Source: an uncultured bacterium (GTDB lineage: Bacteria > Actinomycetota > Acidimicrobiia > Spongiisociales > UBA4744). From it: 64,000 nucleotides of DNA. Shown here one piece after another: positions 8,430 to 18,551 of the stretch. The notes under the pieces were generated by a model that saw only the letters and a list, made by a program, of their open reading frames with translations, did not search any database and was not told the origin of the DNA. Both the position numbers and the translations under genes were made by a program. The stretch is taken from assembly GCA_963827865.1 (NCBI GenBank), contig CAWHCO010000001.1, positions 219,750-283,749 of the forward strand, in the 5' to 3' direction. The stretch's first letter is position 1, and every line of letters begins with the position of its first letter.

Positions 8430-11400
8430 ATGAACAGCTTCCGCCGGGTCCAACCGAACGTCTCGTTTCCCTCCATGGAGGAAGGAATCCTCGACCTGTG
8501 GGACAGAATCGACGCGTTTCACACATCTGTCGAGATGAGGCCGGCAGCGTCTGAGTACACCTTCTACGATGGTCCGCCCTTCCCGACCGGCAGTCCCCAC
8601 TACGGGAATCTCCTCGCAGGAATCATCAAGGACATCGTGCCGCGCTACTGGACCATGCGTGGCCATCGGGTGGTTCGACGGTTCGGTTGGGACACGCATG
8701 GACTTCCAATCGAGATGGAAGTCCAGGAGTCACTCGGCCTCAATGGCCCCCACGACATCGAGACATACGGCGTTGCCAGATTCAATGAGGCATGCCGAGC
8801 CAGAGTCGAAACCAACACGGAGATGTGGGAGACGATCACTCGACGCATCGGACGGTGGGTCGACTTCCGAGACGACTACAAGACCATGGACCTCGACTTC
8901 ATGGAGAGCGTCTGGTGGGTGTTCAAGCAGCTCTGGGACAAGGGGCTCGTCTACCGTGCCTTCAAGGTGCTTCCGTACTCGTGGGGTGCGGCGACACCGC
9001 TCTCCAACTTCGAGGCGAACCTCGAGTACATGGACGTCGACGACCCCGCCATCACCGTTCGCCTTCCCGTCACGGCGTCGCACGGTCCGGCGCGTGAAGG
9101 TGACTATCTGGTGGTGTGGACGACCACACCTTGGACGCTGCCGGGGAACCTGGCAGTCGCGGTGGGTGATGGCATCACCTACGTTGCTGTCGTTCGTGAC
9201 CATCAGCGACATTGGGTCGCCGAGTCACGCAAGGACGAGCTGTGGCCAGATGATGAGATCGTCGCGACAGCGCTCGGGAGTGAACTCGTCGGCACGCCCT
9301 ACACACCGCCGTTCCCGTACTTCGAAGAGGAACGTGACCACGGCGCGTTTCGAGTGATCGCCAGCGATGAGGTGACAACGGATGAGGGTACGGGACTCGT
9401 CCACATGGCTCCCGCCTACGGAGAAGCCGACTTCTACGCCCTCCAGGCGGCAGGTCTCGACGTCCTCGTCGATCCGGTCGACGGACAGGCCAGGTTCACC
9501 GACGACGTGCCTGATGTCGCCGGCATGTATGTCAAAGACGCCGACAACGAACTCATCGCCCTGCTCAAGCGCAGGGGTCTCCTCGTCAAGCGTGAGCAGA
9601 TCCGCCACTCCTACCCGTTCTGCTACCGCACCCACACACCGCTCATCTACAAGGCGATCCCGTCCTGGTTCGTGAACGTCGAATCGTTCAAAGACCTGAT
9701 GGTCGACCGCAACAATACGGTGCACTGGGTTCCCGACTATGTCGGCGAGAAACGGTTCGGCAATTGGCTGGAGAATGCCAGAGATTGGGCGATCAGCCGC
9801 AATCGCTACTGGGGTAGCTGCATTCCCGTCTGGGAGTGCCGATCGTGCGGTCATCAGACCTGCATGGGGTCGATCGATGAGCTCGAGGCGGCGTCGGGTC
9901 GGCGTCTCACCGATCTCCACAAACACGTCGTGGACGAAGTCACCATGCCATGCACCCAGTGCGGCTCGGAGATGCACCGCGTGCCAGAGGTGTTCGACGT
10001 CTGGTTCGAGTCGGGCTCGATGCCATACGCGCAGCATCACTACCCGTTCGAGAACGCCGAGACGTTCGATCTCAAGTTCCCGGCCGACTTCATCGCAGAA
10101 GGTCTGGACCAGACGCGAGGTTGGTTCTACACGCTGCTCGTACTCGCAACGGCCATCTTCGGCGAGGCACCGTTCCGTAACTGCGTCGTGAACGGGATGA
10201 TCCTCTCCGAGGACGGTCGAAAGATGTCCAAGAGCCTCAAGAACTACCCCGACCCGATGGAACTGCTCGACTCCTACGGAGCAGACCCGCTGAGGGCCTA
10301 CATGATCACCTCACCGCTGCTTAGGGCGGAGCCGCTCCGATTCACCGAAGCAGGCGTCAAAGAGGTGACGAGGACGGTGATTCTCCCCCTCTGGAACGCC
10401 TATTCGTTCTTCACGACGTACGCCGAGGCAGATGGCATCACACGCCAGGACCTCGCCGACGCCCCCGAGCCCACTGCCCGACCGGAGCTGGATCGATGGA
10501 TCCTGTCGATGCTTCAGAGCCTCATTTCGCAGGTCAACGAGATGATGGAGGGGTACTACCTGTACGCAGTCGTCCCTCCGATGGTCGAGTTCATCGACCA
10601 TCTCACCAACTGGTACATCCGCCGCTCGCGACGCCGCTTCTGGCGCGCGAGAGAGGCAAGCGACACCGACAAGCTGTCCGCGTTCGCGACCTTGTACGAC
10701 GTGCTCGTGACCTTCGCGAAGGTGATCGCCCCAGTACTGCCGTTCGTGACCGAGGAAATCTACCAGGGATTGGTCGTGACCCACAGGGCACGCGGGGAAG
10801 AGGGGCCCGCGAGCGTACACCTCTCCGACTACCCGACCGCGCGCACCGACCTCATCGACCTCGACCTGGAACGCGAAATGGCAACGGTCCGTCAGGTGGT
10901 GACACTGGGCCGTTCGTTGCGGGTGACATCCGGTATCCGTGTTCGCCAGCCGCTGGAGTCGATCACCGTCTTCAGCCGTGGCGGGCACGTGCTCGACGCG
11001 ACGAGAGCACACACTGCGATCATCGCCGACGAACTCAACGTCAAGCAGGTGTGTACCGGCGCCGACGAACTCGCAGCCGTCGACATCAACGCCAAAGCCG
11101 ACTTCAAGGTTCTGGGACCGAGGCTCGGTTCGTCCGTCCGGGAGGTGGCCACTGCGATCGCCGCGCTCGATGGGACAACGATCGAGACGCTGCTCGATGG
11201 TGGTTCCATCGAGCTGGGCGGTCACGTCATCACGGCATCCGATATCACCGTGCAGCGCACCCCGAAGCCCGGGAGGGTGGTCGCTGCCGAAGGGAAGGTG
11301 TCGGTCGCGCTCGACGTCGACCTGAACGAGGATCTGATCGCGGAAGGGCTCGCTCGCGAGTTCATCAACCGCATCCAGCAGGTGCGACGGGACCTCGACC

Positions 11401-11594
11401 TCGACGTCACCGACCGCATCGGGGTGTTGTGGGCAACCAACGATGCTGCCACGGCCGCCGCGCTCGAGCTTCACGCGGAGCTGATCTCCGCGGAGGTGTT
11501 GGCCGTCGAGTTCACGCGGGCTGACGAAGTCGCAACCGGCACGCCACTCGACATCGATGACTCGCTGGTCACCGTGCGGGTGAGCAAGGCCTGA
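8430..11594 (+). CDS. ileS: isoleucine--tRNA ligase (long actinobacterial type-2-like form)
   Basis: HIGH region PFPTGSPHYGNLLAG and KMSKS motif (KMSKSLKN). 1054 aa from ATG 8430. The ORF-track extension back to 7695 is antisense to two real genes. Confidence 0.95.
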   Translation: MNSFRRVQPNVSFPSMEEGILDLWDRIDAFHTSVEMRPAASEYTFYDGPPFPTGSPHYGNLLAGIIKDIVPRYWTMRGHRVVRRFGWDTHGLPIEMEVQESLGLNGPHDIETYGVARFNEACRARVETNTEMWETITRRIGRWVDFRDDYKTMDLDFMESVWWVFKQLWDKGLVYRAFKVLPYSWGAATPLSNFEANLEYMDVDDPAITVRLPVTASHGPAREGDYLVVWTTTPWTLPGNLAVAVGDGITYVAVVRDHQRHWVAESRKDELWPDDEIVATALGSELVGTPYTPPFPYFEEERDHGAFRVIASDEVTTDEGTGLVHMAPAYGEADFYALQAAGLDVLVDPVDGQARFTDDVPDVAGMYVKDADNELIALLKRRGLLVKREQIRHSYPFCYRTHTPLIYKAIPSWFVNVESFKDLMVDRNNTVHWVPDYVGEKRFGNWLENARDWAISRNRYWGSCIPVWECRSCGHQTCMGSIDELEAASGRRLTDLHKHVVDEVTMPCTQCGSEMHRVPEVFDVWFESGSMPYAQHHYPFENAETFDLKFPADFIAEGLDQTRGWFYTLLVLATAIFGEAPFRNCVVNGMILSEDGRKMSKSLKNYPDPMELLDSYGADPLRAYMITSPLLRAEPLRFTEAGVKEVTRTVILPLWNAYSFFTTYAEADGITRQDLADAPEPTARPELDRWILSMLQSLISQVNEMMEGYYLYAVVPPMVEFIDHLTNWYIRRSRRRFWRAREASDTDKLSAFATLYDVLVTFAKVIAPVLPFVTEEIYQGLVVTHRARGEEGPASVHLSDYPTARTDLIDLDLEREMATVRQVVTLGRSLRVTSGIRVRQPLESITVFSRGGHVLDATRAHTAIIADELNVKQVCTGADELAAVDINAKADFKVLGPRLGSSVREVATAIAALDGTTIETLLDGGSIELGGHVITASDITVQRTPKPGRVVAAEGKVSVALDVDLNEDLIAEGLAREFINRIQQVRRDLDLDVTDRIGVLWATNDAATAAALELHAELISAEVLAVEFTRADEVATGTPLDIDDSLVTVRVSKA

Positions 11595-11648
11595 GGGGCC
11601 CTCCGGGCAGCAGCGCGCACTGATCCACATTGGTGGGAACCGCCCTGA

Positions 11649-11667
11649 GTCGAGCAATCAGCTCGAC
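11649..11667. terminator. hairpin between convergent ileS and divIVA
   Basis: GTCGAGC-aatca-GCTCGAC, a perfect 7-bp stem. No clear U tract. Confidence 0.3.
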
Positions 11668-11724
11668 GCCACCTCCCCCAACACTCGCTTCGCTCGCGAG
11701 GGGAGGAAACATGAGCGGAGCGAG

Positions 11725-12390
11725 CTAGTCGCCGTAGCGTTCCCAGGGACGCCGATCAGAACCGAGGTAGACCTCACCCGAGTCCTGAGATTCGTCGACG
11801 TCCTCATCGATCTCGTCGTCGATTTCGTCGAGTGCACCCTCGAACCCCTCGCTGTCCTCGACTTCCATATCGTCATGGCTTTCGAAGTCCGCGTCGGCGA
11901 TGGGCTCGACATCTTCCGGCTCGGTCGGCACGACACCACTCATCACAGACTCGGTCTCATCGACTTGCTCCAGCAAACGATCGGTCAGGCCCTTGACGTG
12001 CGCCCGCAGCTCAGCGACGGCGTTCTGAAGCGACTGCACCTCTGACCCGAGCTTCTCTTTCTTGCTGACTTGCTCGGATTCGAGATCGGACGCATCGAGG
12101 CGAGCTTGAGAGAGGATCTGTTGCGCTTCAAATCGAGCTTCGCGTACCACTTCGTCAGCGGTCTTCTGCGCCAGGATCAGCGTACGGGTGAGACGGTCTT
12201 CGGTATCTCTCGAGTCAGTGGTCCTCGACTCGAGATTCGCTACGCGGCTATGGGACTCCTGAAGCTGCTGCTCGAGCGAACGTACCGTGGAGATGATCTC
12301 GTCGAGGAATGCGTCGACCTCTTCCTCGGCATAGCCTCGGAGGGCCACACGGAACGTCTTCTGTTCGATATCGGTCGCGCTCAGCGCCAT
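11725..12390 (-). CDS. divIVA: DivIVA-domain cell-division/polar-growth protein
   Basis: N-terminus MALSATDIEQKTFRVALRGYAEEEVDAFLDEI, coiled coil and acidic tail. Sits at the end of the dcw cluster. Confidence 0.85.
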   Translation of the reverse strand: MALSATDIEQKTFRVALRGYAEEEVDAFLDEIISTVRSLEQQLQESHSRVANLESRTTDSRDTEDRLTRTLILAQKTADEVVREARFEAQQILSQARLDASDLESEQVSKKEKLGSEVQSLQNAVAELRAHVKGLTDRLLEQVDETESVMSGVVPTEPEDVEPIADADFESHDDMEVEDSEGFEGALDEIDDEIDEDVDESQDSGEVYLGSDRRPWERYGD

Positions 12391-12449
12391 AGCATCACCT
12401 CTCGTCGTCCAAGCGCAGGATAGCCCGGATCATCGTGCGAACCCCGCAA

Positions 12450-12704
12450 CTAGCGGCATACGATTCCCTGAAGGAGCGACAGACCGACGAGCAGGACCAA
12501 CGGAGACAAATCTAGTCCTACTCCTCCGAGACGCACCGGCGGGATCACCCGTCGGATGGGCCTCAGTACCGGATCGACGACGATGCCGAGCCCGTCGCGC
12601 AGCTTCGCAACCGGGTGATCGTACGGAAGGTGGATCCAGTCGAGCAGGATGCGCGCGAACACAACGAGCTCGTAGAGGAAGATCAGGTTGCACAGCAATG
12701 GCAT
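12450..12704 (-). CDS. YggT-family membrane protein
   Basis: 84 aa with two TM segments. Conserved position between sepF and divIVA. Confidence 0.8.
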   Translation of the reverse strand: MPLLCNLIFLYELVVFARILLDWIHLPYDHPVAKLRDGLGIVVDPVLRPIRRVIPPVRLGGVGLDLSPLVLLVGLSLLQGIVCR

Positions 12705-13205
12705 CTACAGGTCGTCCAACGCGTAGAGACCCAACTCGGCCAATCGTTGCGTTTCCGATCGACCGAGCGATACCCCGTGTGGAAGGACGAGAATCACCCC
12801 TTCGGCGATCTTGCTCATGGTGCCGTCCAACCCGTAGGTGAGCCCGCTGGCGAAGTCGATCAAGCGACGAACCATGTCGGGATCCGTGTCTCGCATGTTC
12901 AGGACGACTGGTCGGCGGTTCCTGATGCGATCGGCGAGTGCCCTCGCATCGTCGAAGGTGACCGCTGCCACCACATCGGCCCGTAGTTCGTCACGGGTCG
13001 CCGCTCGCACCGATGAGCCATACCCGAACTCCTGCGGAGGTTCCACCCTGCGTCCCCGAAACGGTGGCTCGGTCGGTGTGACGGTCCGGATACTCGATTG
13101 CAGAGGTGGCGACGCGACAGCAGACGCCTGAGGCTCTTCCTCTTCGAGGTTCTCCTCGTCAACCAGCCCCAGGTACAGCAACGCCTTCTGGAACATCGAA
13201 CTCAT
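12705..13205 (-). CDS. sepF: cell division protein SepF
   Basis: Starts MSSMFQKALLYLGL (membrane-targeting helix). C-terminal SepF core VVLNMRDTDPDMVRRLIDFASGLTYGLDGTM. Confidence 0.85.
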   Translation of the reverse strand: MSSMFQKALLYLGLVDEENLEEEEPQASAVASPPLQSSIRTVTPTEPPFRGRRVEPPQEFGYGSSVRAATRDELRADVVAAVTFDDARALADRIRNRRPVVLNMRDTDPDMVRRLIDFASGLTYGLDGTMSKIAEGVILVLPHGVSLGRSETQRLAELGLYALDDL

Positions 13206-13879
13206 ACGGTCCCCCGTGTCATGCGGGGACCAAAGATAGCCCGTCCGACGCGAATCATCGTTGATCCCTCCTCGATCGCGATCTCGAAGTCGTCGCTCAT
13301 ACCCATCGAGAGCTCAGTGATGCTCGGCAACGTCTTCGAGATCCGATCGCGTAGGTGTCGGAGGTCCCGAAAGAACGAACGGATGTTCTCGGGGTCGTCG
13401 ACCAGCGGTGGCACCGCCATGAGACCGCGCACATCGACGCCAAGTTCGACGAGCGCGCCCGCGACCCGCTGGACATCCGAAACGGGAACGCCAGACTTCT
13501 GTGGTTCTGCTCCGATGTTCACCTCGACCAGCACCGGCGGAGCGAGGCCGGGACCCTTCAGCCATGCCGTGCCAAGCGGCACCGAATCCATCGAGTGGAG
13601 GAATTGCGCGATCGGACGGACGTGACGGACTTTGTTGCGTTGTAGGTGTCCGACGAAGTGCCACTCGACATCCCCAGGAAGCTCGGCTGCCTTGGCGACG
13701 AGTTCTTGGGCGCGATTCTCCCCGAACAGCCGCTGTCCTAGCTCGTACGCCTCACGAAGGACTGCGATGGGCTGGCTCTTGCCGATCGCCACGAGCGTCA
13801 CATCTGCCCGTCGGCGCCCGGCCCGGGCCGCCGCGCCCGCGATTCGCTCCTCGACCTCGGCAAGTTTCACCCCAGCCAC
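13202..13879 (-). CDS. yggS: YggS-family pyridoxal-phosphate homeostasis protein
   Basis: Contains LVAIGKSQP, HFVGHLQRNK and SMGMSDDFEIAIEEGSTMIRVG. GTG start. Confidence 0.85.
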   Translation of the reverse strand: MAGVKLAEVEERIAGAAARAGRRRADVTLVAIGKSQPIAVLREAYELGQRLFGENRAQELVAKAAELPGDVEWHFVGHLQRNKVRHVRPIAQFLHSMDSVPLGTAWLKGPGLAPPVLVEVNIGAEPQKSGVPVSDVQRVAGALVELGVDVRGLMAVPPLVDDPENIRSFFRDLRHLRDRISKTLPSITELSMGMSDDFEIAIEEGSTMIRVGRAIFGPRMTRGTV

Positions 13880-14478
13880 ACCACACCCGCCATTCGATCT
13901 CGAGTTCCATCGCGCCGGTGAGAGAAGAACCCTTCACCACAACGAGTGCACTCGGCGGACTCGACGACCTCGAGTCCCGCGAGTTCGCTACGCAACGCGC
14001 CCACGATGTCCACACTAGGCGTTCCCCAGGTCGTCCTCGCCTGGTGCCCCTCGAAACGAGCCAGCACCTCAGGCCCCACTTCGAAGCAGCACGACCGAAT
14101 GCCAGGCCCGATGTACGCTCGCTCCGGAGCGACGCCCCCACGATCCATCGCCTGGAGCAAGGCGCCCACGACCCGGTCCGAAGCCCCTCGCCATCCTGCA
14201 TGCGCAAGGCCCACAGCGCCGGGTCCCATCAGGGCAACGGCGAAGCAGTCCGCGGTGAAGACGGCCAGCGGAAGTCGACGTCGAATCGTGAACAAGGCGT
14301 CAGCTTCTCCGGCATCTCCCGGTTCCTCGACGCGCACAACGTTCGCTCCATGCACCTGCCGGACGGTGCCCCACCTTTCCGGAATGCCCAATCGTGCAGA
14401 AAACACCCGTCGGGCCCCGCGGTCGGCTCTCAGGTCACCATCGTCGGCCGTGCTGAACGCAGCCCCGAGACACGTCAT
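13867..14478 (-). CDS. pgeF: YfiH/PgeF (DUF152) purine nucleoside phosphorylase / peptidoglycan editing factor family
   Basis: Contains [16 protein letters not shown] and HAGWRG. ATGA overlap with the ftsZ stop. Confidence 0.8.
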   Translation of the reverse strand: MTCLGAAFSTADDGDLRADRGARRVFSARLGIPERWGTVRQVHGANVVRVEEPGDAGEADALFTIRRRLPLAVFTADCFAVALMGPGAVGLAHAGWRGASDRVVGALLQAMDRGGVAPERAYIGPGIRSCCFEVGPEVLARFEGHQARTTWGTPSVDIVGALRSELAGLEVVESAECTRCGEGFFSHRRDGTRDRMAGVVWLG

Positions 14479-15512
14479 CCCTGTACGAAGCTGGGAATCA
14501 GGTCGTCGTCGTCACCGCGGAACCGGCCTGACGCCAGCCCGGTCACAGAGCGCGTGCGATCAAAGCCGGCAGCAATGACGGTCACGCGAACCTCATCTCC
14601 AAGTCCACCGTCGATTACCGCTCCGAAGATGATGTCGGCCTCGTTGTCACACTTGTCCTTGACCAGGGTCGCCGCGTCGTTGACTTCGTGGAGTGTCATG
14701 TCCTCAGGACCCGCAACCATCAAGAGCACTCCACGCGCGCCTTCCATCGACGTCTCCAAGAGGCCACTGGACATCGCCCGCTGGGCGGCCTGACTTGCAC
14801 GGCCCTCTCCCGAGGAGCGTCCGATTCCCATCACGGCAGTGCCGGCGTCGGTGAGGATCGTCCGCACGTCGGCAAAGTCCACATTGATGAGCCCCGGCGT
14901 CGTGATCAGATTGGTGATCCCCGCGACGCCGCCGGTGAGGACTTCGTCCGCCATCCTGAACGCCTCGATCATCGGAGTCTTGGGATCGGTCAGTTCCATG
15001 AGACGATCGTTCGGAATCACGATCAGGGTGTCCACGGCCTCGCGGAGGTTCTGGATCCCCTGCTCGGCCTGCAACGAACGGCGCCGGCCCTCGAAACCAA
15101 ACGGTCTGGTCACGACACCAACCGTGAGCGCGCCACTCGACTTCGCGATCTCAGCGACGATAGGGGCCGCGCCGGTGCCTGTGCCGCCACCCTCGCCGGC
15201 GGTCACGAACACCATGTCGCCACCACGTAGGATCTCCTCGATCTCTTCCCTGTGGCTCTCTGCAGCCGAGCGTCCAACGTCCGGGTCTGCGCCCGCCCCC
15301 AGCCCTCTGGTGATATCCCGTCCCAGATCCAGCTTCACATCCGCATCCGACATCAACAGTGTCTGCGCGTCCGTGTTGACCGCGATGAACTCGACTCCTC
15401 GCACGCCGGCATCGACCATCCGGTTCACGGCGTTGACGCCGCCCCCTCCGACACCGACTACCTTGATCACAGCCAGGTAGCTCTGTGGTGATGTTGTCCT
15501 CGATGACGCCAT
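14475..15512 (-). CDS. ftsZ: cell division GTPase FtsZ
   Basis: Contains [15 protein letters not shown], tubulin signature [10 protein letters not shown], and C-terminal peptide [15 protein letters not shown] 15512 has a GTGAGGTG SD 8 nt upstream; the in-frame GTG at 15521 is the ORF-track start. Confidence 0.93.
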   Translation of the reverse strand: MASSRTTSPQSYLAVIKVVGVGGGGVNAVNRMVDAGVRGVEFIAVNTDAQTLLMSDADVKLDLGRDITRGLGAGADPDVGRSAAESHREEIEEILRGGDMVFVTAGEGGGTGTGAAPIVAEIAKSSGALTVGVVTRPFGFEGRRRSLQAEQGIQNLREAVDTLIVIPNDRLMELTDPKTPMIEAFRMADEVLTGGVAGITNLITTPGLINVDFADVRTILTDAGTAVMGIGRSSGEGRASQAAQRAMSSGLLETSMEGARGVLLMVAGPEDMTLHEVNDAATLVKDKCDNEADIIFGAVIDGGLGDEVRVTVIAAGFDRTRSVTGLASGRFRGDDDDLIPSFVQG

Positions 15513-15583
15513 GCTCGACACCTCACTCTCTATCGCAACTTTAGGTTACTGTAGACCTTCCGTTGCCGGCTTTACCTTCACCC

Positions 15584-16333
15584 TCAACTAGAACCTTGGA
15601 CTGCAGGGCGCGAAGGTGCAATGAGGTTGATCACGGCGCCGTCCGGCACTCCGGTCTCGAGCAGCGCCTCGAGTGCCTTGGCCTTCGCCGCCATGTCGAG
15701 GGGAGATCCGAGTCGCGCCGCCACGGAATCCACACGCGCCCACAGCTCGCCGTCCCGTATCTCGATACTCACGTCACCACGGAGATCGGGTCGAAGGGTG
15801 GTCGCGAACTCGAGTCCACCGGCGATCATCTCGTTCTGGGGCGGCTCCCCTGCCGGTCCGGTGTCAACGTTCTCCATGACCAGCCTGGCCGCTCCTTCCG
15901 GAACCGAAGCTGCGGGGCCGAGCACGATGCCGTCGGTCGAGAGCAGCATCCACCCACCGCGGTACGTCACTCCGGCGGCAACCGACCGCTCCCTGACGTC
16001 CACCTCGACCGTATGCGGGAACGTGCGTACCACCTGCGCGGCGGCGACCCACGGGTCCTCCTCCAGCAGGGCCTCGAGCTTGCCGGCTTTGACCCGAATC
16101 ATCGGTGCTCCCACCTCGATCCCCGCGTTCTGGAGAGTCTCCTCGACCGACGACCGATCGACGCCGTAGATGCCGACGGTTCGAACCTCGAGCAAAGGAG
16201 ACTGCACGACCCAGACCACCGCTCCGACCACCACGCCGAGGACGCAGAGCCACAGGATCGTTTTCAACCGTCGATGGAGGGTATTCTCCCTCACCGTGCG
16301 TCGCCTTCGTTCGATCCGTGGGTCCACGATCAA
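15584..16333 (-). CDS. ftsQ: cell division protein FtsQ (POTRA domain)
   Basis: Basic N-terminus, one TM (LWLCVLGVVVGAVVWVV), then a POTRA-like segment LLEVRTVGIYGVDRSSVEE. TTG start overlaps the murB TGA (TTGA). The ORF-track extension to 16822 lies inside murB. Confidence 0.8.
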   Translation of the reverse strand: MIVDPRIERRRRTVRENTLHRRLKTILWLCVLGVVVGAVVWVVQSPLLEVRTVGIYGVDRSSVEETLQNAGIEVGAPMIRVKAGKLEALLEEDPWVAAAQVVRTFPHTVEVDVRERSVAAGVTYRGGWMLLSTDGIVLGPAASVPEGAARLVMENVDTGPAGEPPQNEMIAGGLEFATTLRPDLRGDVSIEIRDGELWARVDSVAARLGSPLDMAAKAKALEALLETGVPDGAVINLIAPSRPAVQGSS

Positions 16334-17211
16334 TCCTCGAAGTCGCCAAGGAGTCGCACTTCTGGCTCGAGGTGGACGCCCTGTTCCTCCATCTTCTCCT
16401 GCACGGTCCGGATCAGCCGGTAGACGTCGAGCGCCGTTGCGTCTCTTGCAGCCTCGATGAAGTTGGCGTGCATGGCTGAGACGCGAGCCCCTCCGACGGT
16501 GAGGCCCTTCAAGCCCGCCCGGTCGATGAGGCGACCTGCGCTGTCGCCAGATGGGTTCTTGAACACGCTGCCGGCGTTGAGGACACCACCAGGCTGATGC
16601 GCCTTGCGCCACCGGGTGATCGCCCGGATGCGGCGCTCGCAGTCGGCAGCGTCTCCCGGCTCCACGGCGAACTCCGCCTGCAGTACCACCTGGAGGGGAC
16701 CGAGATTGGAGTGACGGTACGACAGCTCCAGTGCTGCGGCGTCGACCCGTCGTTTCGTTGCGTCCGAGAGGTCGATGATGCTCGCAGTCACGAGTACATC
16801 CTGGGTGTCGGATCCATGGCACCCCGCGTTCATCATCAGAGCACCACCGACCGATCCAGGTATCCCCACATAGAACTCCAGTCCCGACCTTCCGGCTCTC
16901 GCCGTGGTTCGGGCGAGAAGCGGGAGTGGCGTAGCCGATCCGGCAGTGATGGTCTCCCCGACCAACACCCAGGAGAAGCCCCCGCCCAGCCGGACGACCA
17001 ATCCGTCAAAACCTCGATCCGAGACCAGGACATTGCTCCCGCGCCCGAGTACGACGACGGGAACGGGATCGTCTCTGAGGAGATCGGAGATCCGAACGAG
17101 ATCCTGCTCTCGTTCGGGAACGGCGAGGTAGCGGGCTGAGCCACCCAGCTTGTAGGTGGTGAGTGGCGCGAGAGGTACGTCCCTCGTCGCGACATCATCC
17201 CAGGTGCTCAT
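16330..17211 (-). CDS. murB: UDP-N-acetylenolpyruvoylglucosamine reductase
   Basis: 293 aa with FAD-binding region LGRGSNVLV and motif GSVFKNP. Confidence 0.9.
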   Translation of the reverse strand: MSTWDDVATRDVPLAPLTTYKLGGSARYLAVPEREQDLVRISDLLRDDPVPVVVLGRGSNVLVSDRGFDGLVVRLGGGFSWVLVGETITAGSATPLPLLARTTARAGRSGLEFYVGIPGSVGGALMMNAGCHGSDTQDVLVTASIIDLSDATKRRVDAAALELSYRHSNLGPLQVVLQAEFAVEPGDAADCERRIRAITRWRKAHQPGGVLNAGSVFKNPSGDSAGRLIDRAGLKGLTVGGARVSAMHANFIEAARDATALDVYRLIRTVQEKMEEQGVHLEPEVRLLGDFED

Positions 17212-18551
17212 CTGCCCTCCAGCAGGTCGATCAGCTCGGCGCCCAGACGGGCGATGTCGCCCGCACCCAGCGTCAACACGAGATCGCCGTCCAGGACCGA
17301 ACCTGCGATGAAGTCGGCCAGGTCGTCTCTACTCGGCACGTACGACACGTTCGGCCGGTGCGCACGGATCGCGTCTGCGATCAACTCTCCGCTCACCCCG
17401 GGAATCGGCGGCTCGTCTGCCGGATACACGTCCGTGACCACAACTTCGTCGGCCGCAGTGAATGCGGTACCGAAGTCCTGGTGAAGTTCGAGCGTGCGGG
17501 TATACCGATGAGGTTGGAAGACCGCCCAGATCCGTCTCCACGGTCCGTTCCGGGCGGCGTCGAGGTTCGTTGCGATCTCGGTTGGGAGGTGTGCGTAGTC
17601 GTCGATGACGGTCACCCCCGCCGCCTTCCCGATGAACTCGAAACGCCTCCTCACTCCTCGAAACGCTCTCAGACCTTCGATTGCTCCATCGATGTCCATG
17701 CCGAGTTCACTGGCGAGCGCGAGGACGCCGGCGGCATTCCTCGCTATGTGGACACCGGGCTTGGACACGACCACCGATCTGCCCTCGAATCGGAACCGTA
17801 CCCCCGACCCGTCCACGTCGACCTCTCCGATCCGGATGCTCGCCTCCGGTGAGAGTCCGTAGGTTGGCCGGCCGGTTCGGCCGGCGATACTCCGAGCGCC
17901 GGGATCGTCCTCACAAAGGACTACTGGCCCATCGACTCTCCGAACCACATCGACGAATGCGTCCTCGAGCCTTTCGACCGTCTGGTAGTAGTCGAGATGG
18001 TCCGCCTCCAGGTTCGTGACGATCAGTCCTCGCAGGTGCAGATCGAGGAATGTGCCGAATGCCTCATCCACCTCGAGAACGAGCAGGTCGTCTTCGCCTA
18101 CTCCTGCGTTGGTGTCCAGACCGACGAGTTCACCTCCGATCACGAAGGACGGATCGAGTCCCACTCCCCTCGCGGCGAAGAGCATCAGGCCCGTCGAGGT
18201 GGTTTTCCCATGGGTGCCTGTTGCCCCGATCGTGGGGGTCTGCTCGGTGAGGACCTCAAGCAGCTGGGGCCGTTCCCAGACCGGAATGCCCAGGCTCGCT
18301 GCGGCTTGGCGTTCCGGATCGGACTCAGGTACGGCAGACGACACCACGACGAGGTCCGCCGATCGCACCGCGTCGGGCCGGTGACCCACCCAGGTGCGAA
18401 CGCCGGCACCGACAAGGCGATCGAGTACGGCACCCGCATGGAGGTCCGACCCGGTCACTTCATGGCCGAGTCCGGCGAGCAACCTGGCGATCGCGCTCAT
18501 CCCTGAACCCCCGACTCCGATGATGTGAACGTGTCCTGCCAGTTCAGCCAT
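17208..18551 (-). CDS. murC: UDP-N-acetylmuramate--L-alanine ligase
   Basis: Contains HIIGVGGSGMSAIA and ATGTHGKTTSTG (Mur ligase P-loop). Confidence 0.9.
   Translation of the reverse strand: MAELAGHVHIIGVGGSGMSAIARLLAGLGHEVTGSDLHAGAVLDRLVGAGVRTWVGHRPDAVRSADLVVVSSAVPESDPERQAAASLGIPVWERPQLLEVLTEQTPTIGATGTHGKTTSTGLMLFAARGVGLDPSFVIGGELVGLDTNAGVGEDDLLVLEVDEAFGTFLDLHLRGLIVTNLEADHLDYYQTVERLEDAFVDVVRRVDGPVVLCEDDPGARSIAGRTGRPTYGLSPEASIRIGEVDVDGSGVRFRFEGRSVVVSKPGVHIARNAAGVLALASELGMDIDGAIEGLRAFRGVRRRFEFIGKAAGVTVIDDYAHLPTEIATNLDAARNGPWRRIWAVFQPHRYTRTLELHQDFGTAFTAADEVVVTDVYPADEPPIPGVSGELIADAIRAHRPNVSYVPSRDDLADFIAGSVLDGDLVLTLGAGDIARLGAELIDLLEGR

Noticed and set aside
15513-15583. AT-richer ftsQ-ftsZ gap as an ftsZ promoter.
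   Set aside because: A promoter here is plausible, but I could not pick out -35/-10 hexamers with acceptable spacing. Only the SD (GTGAGGTG) is clear.
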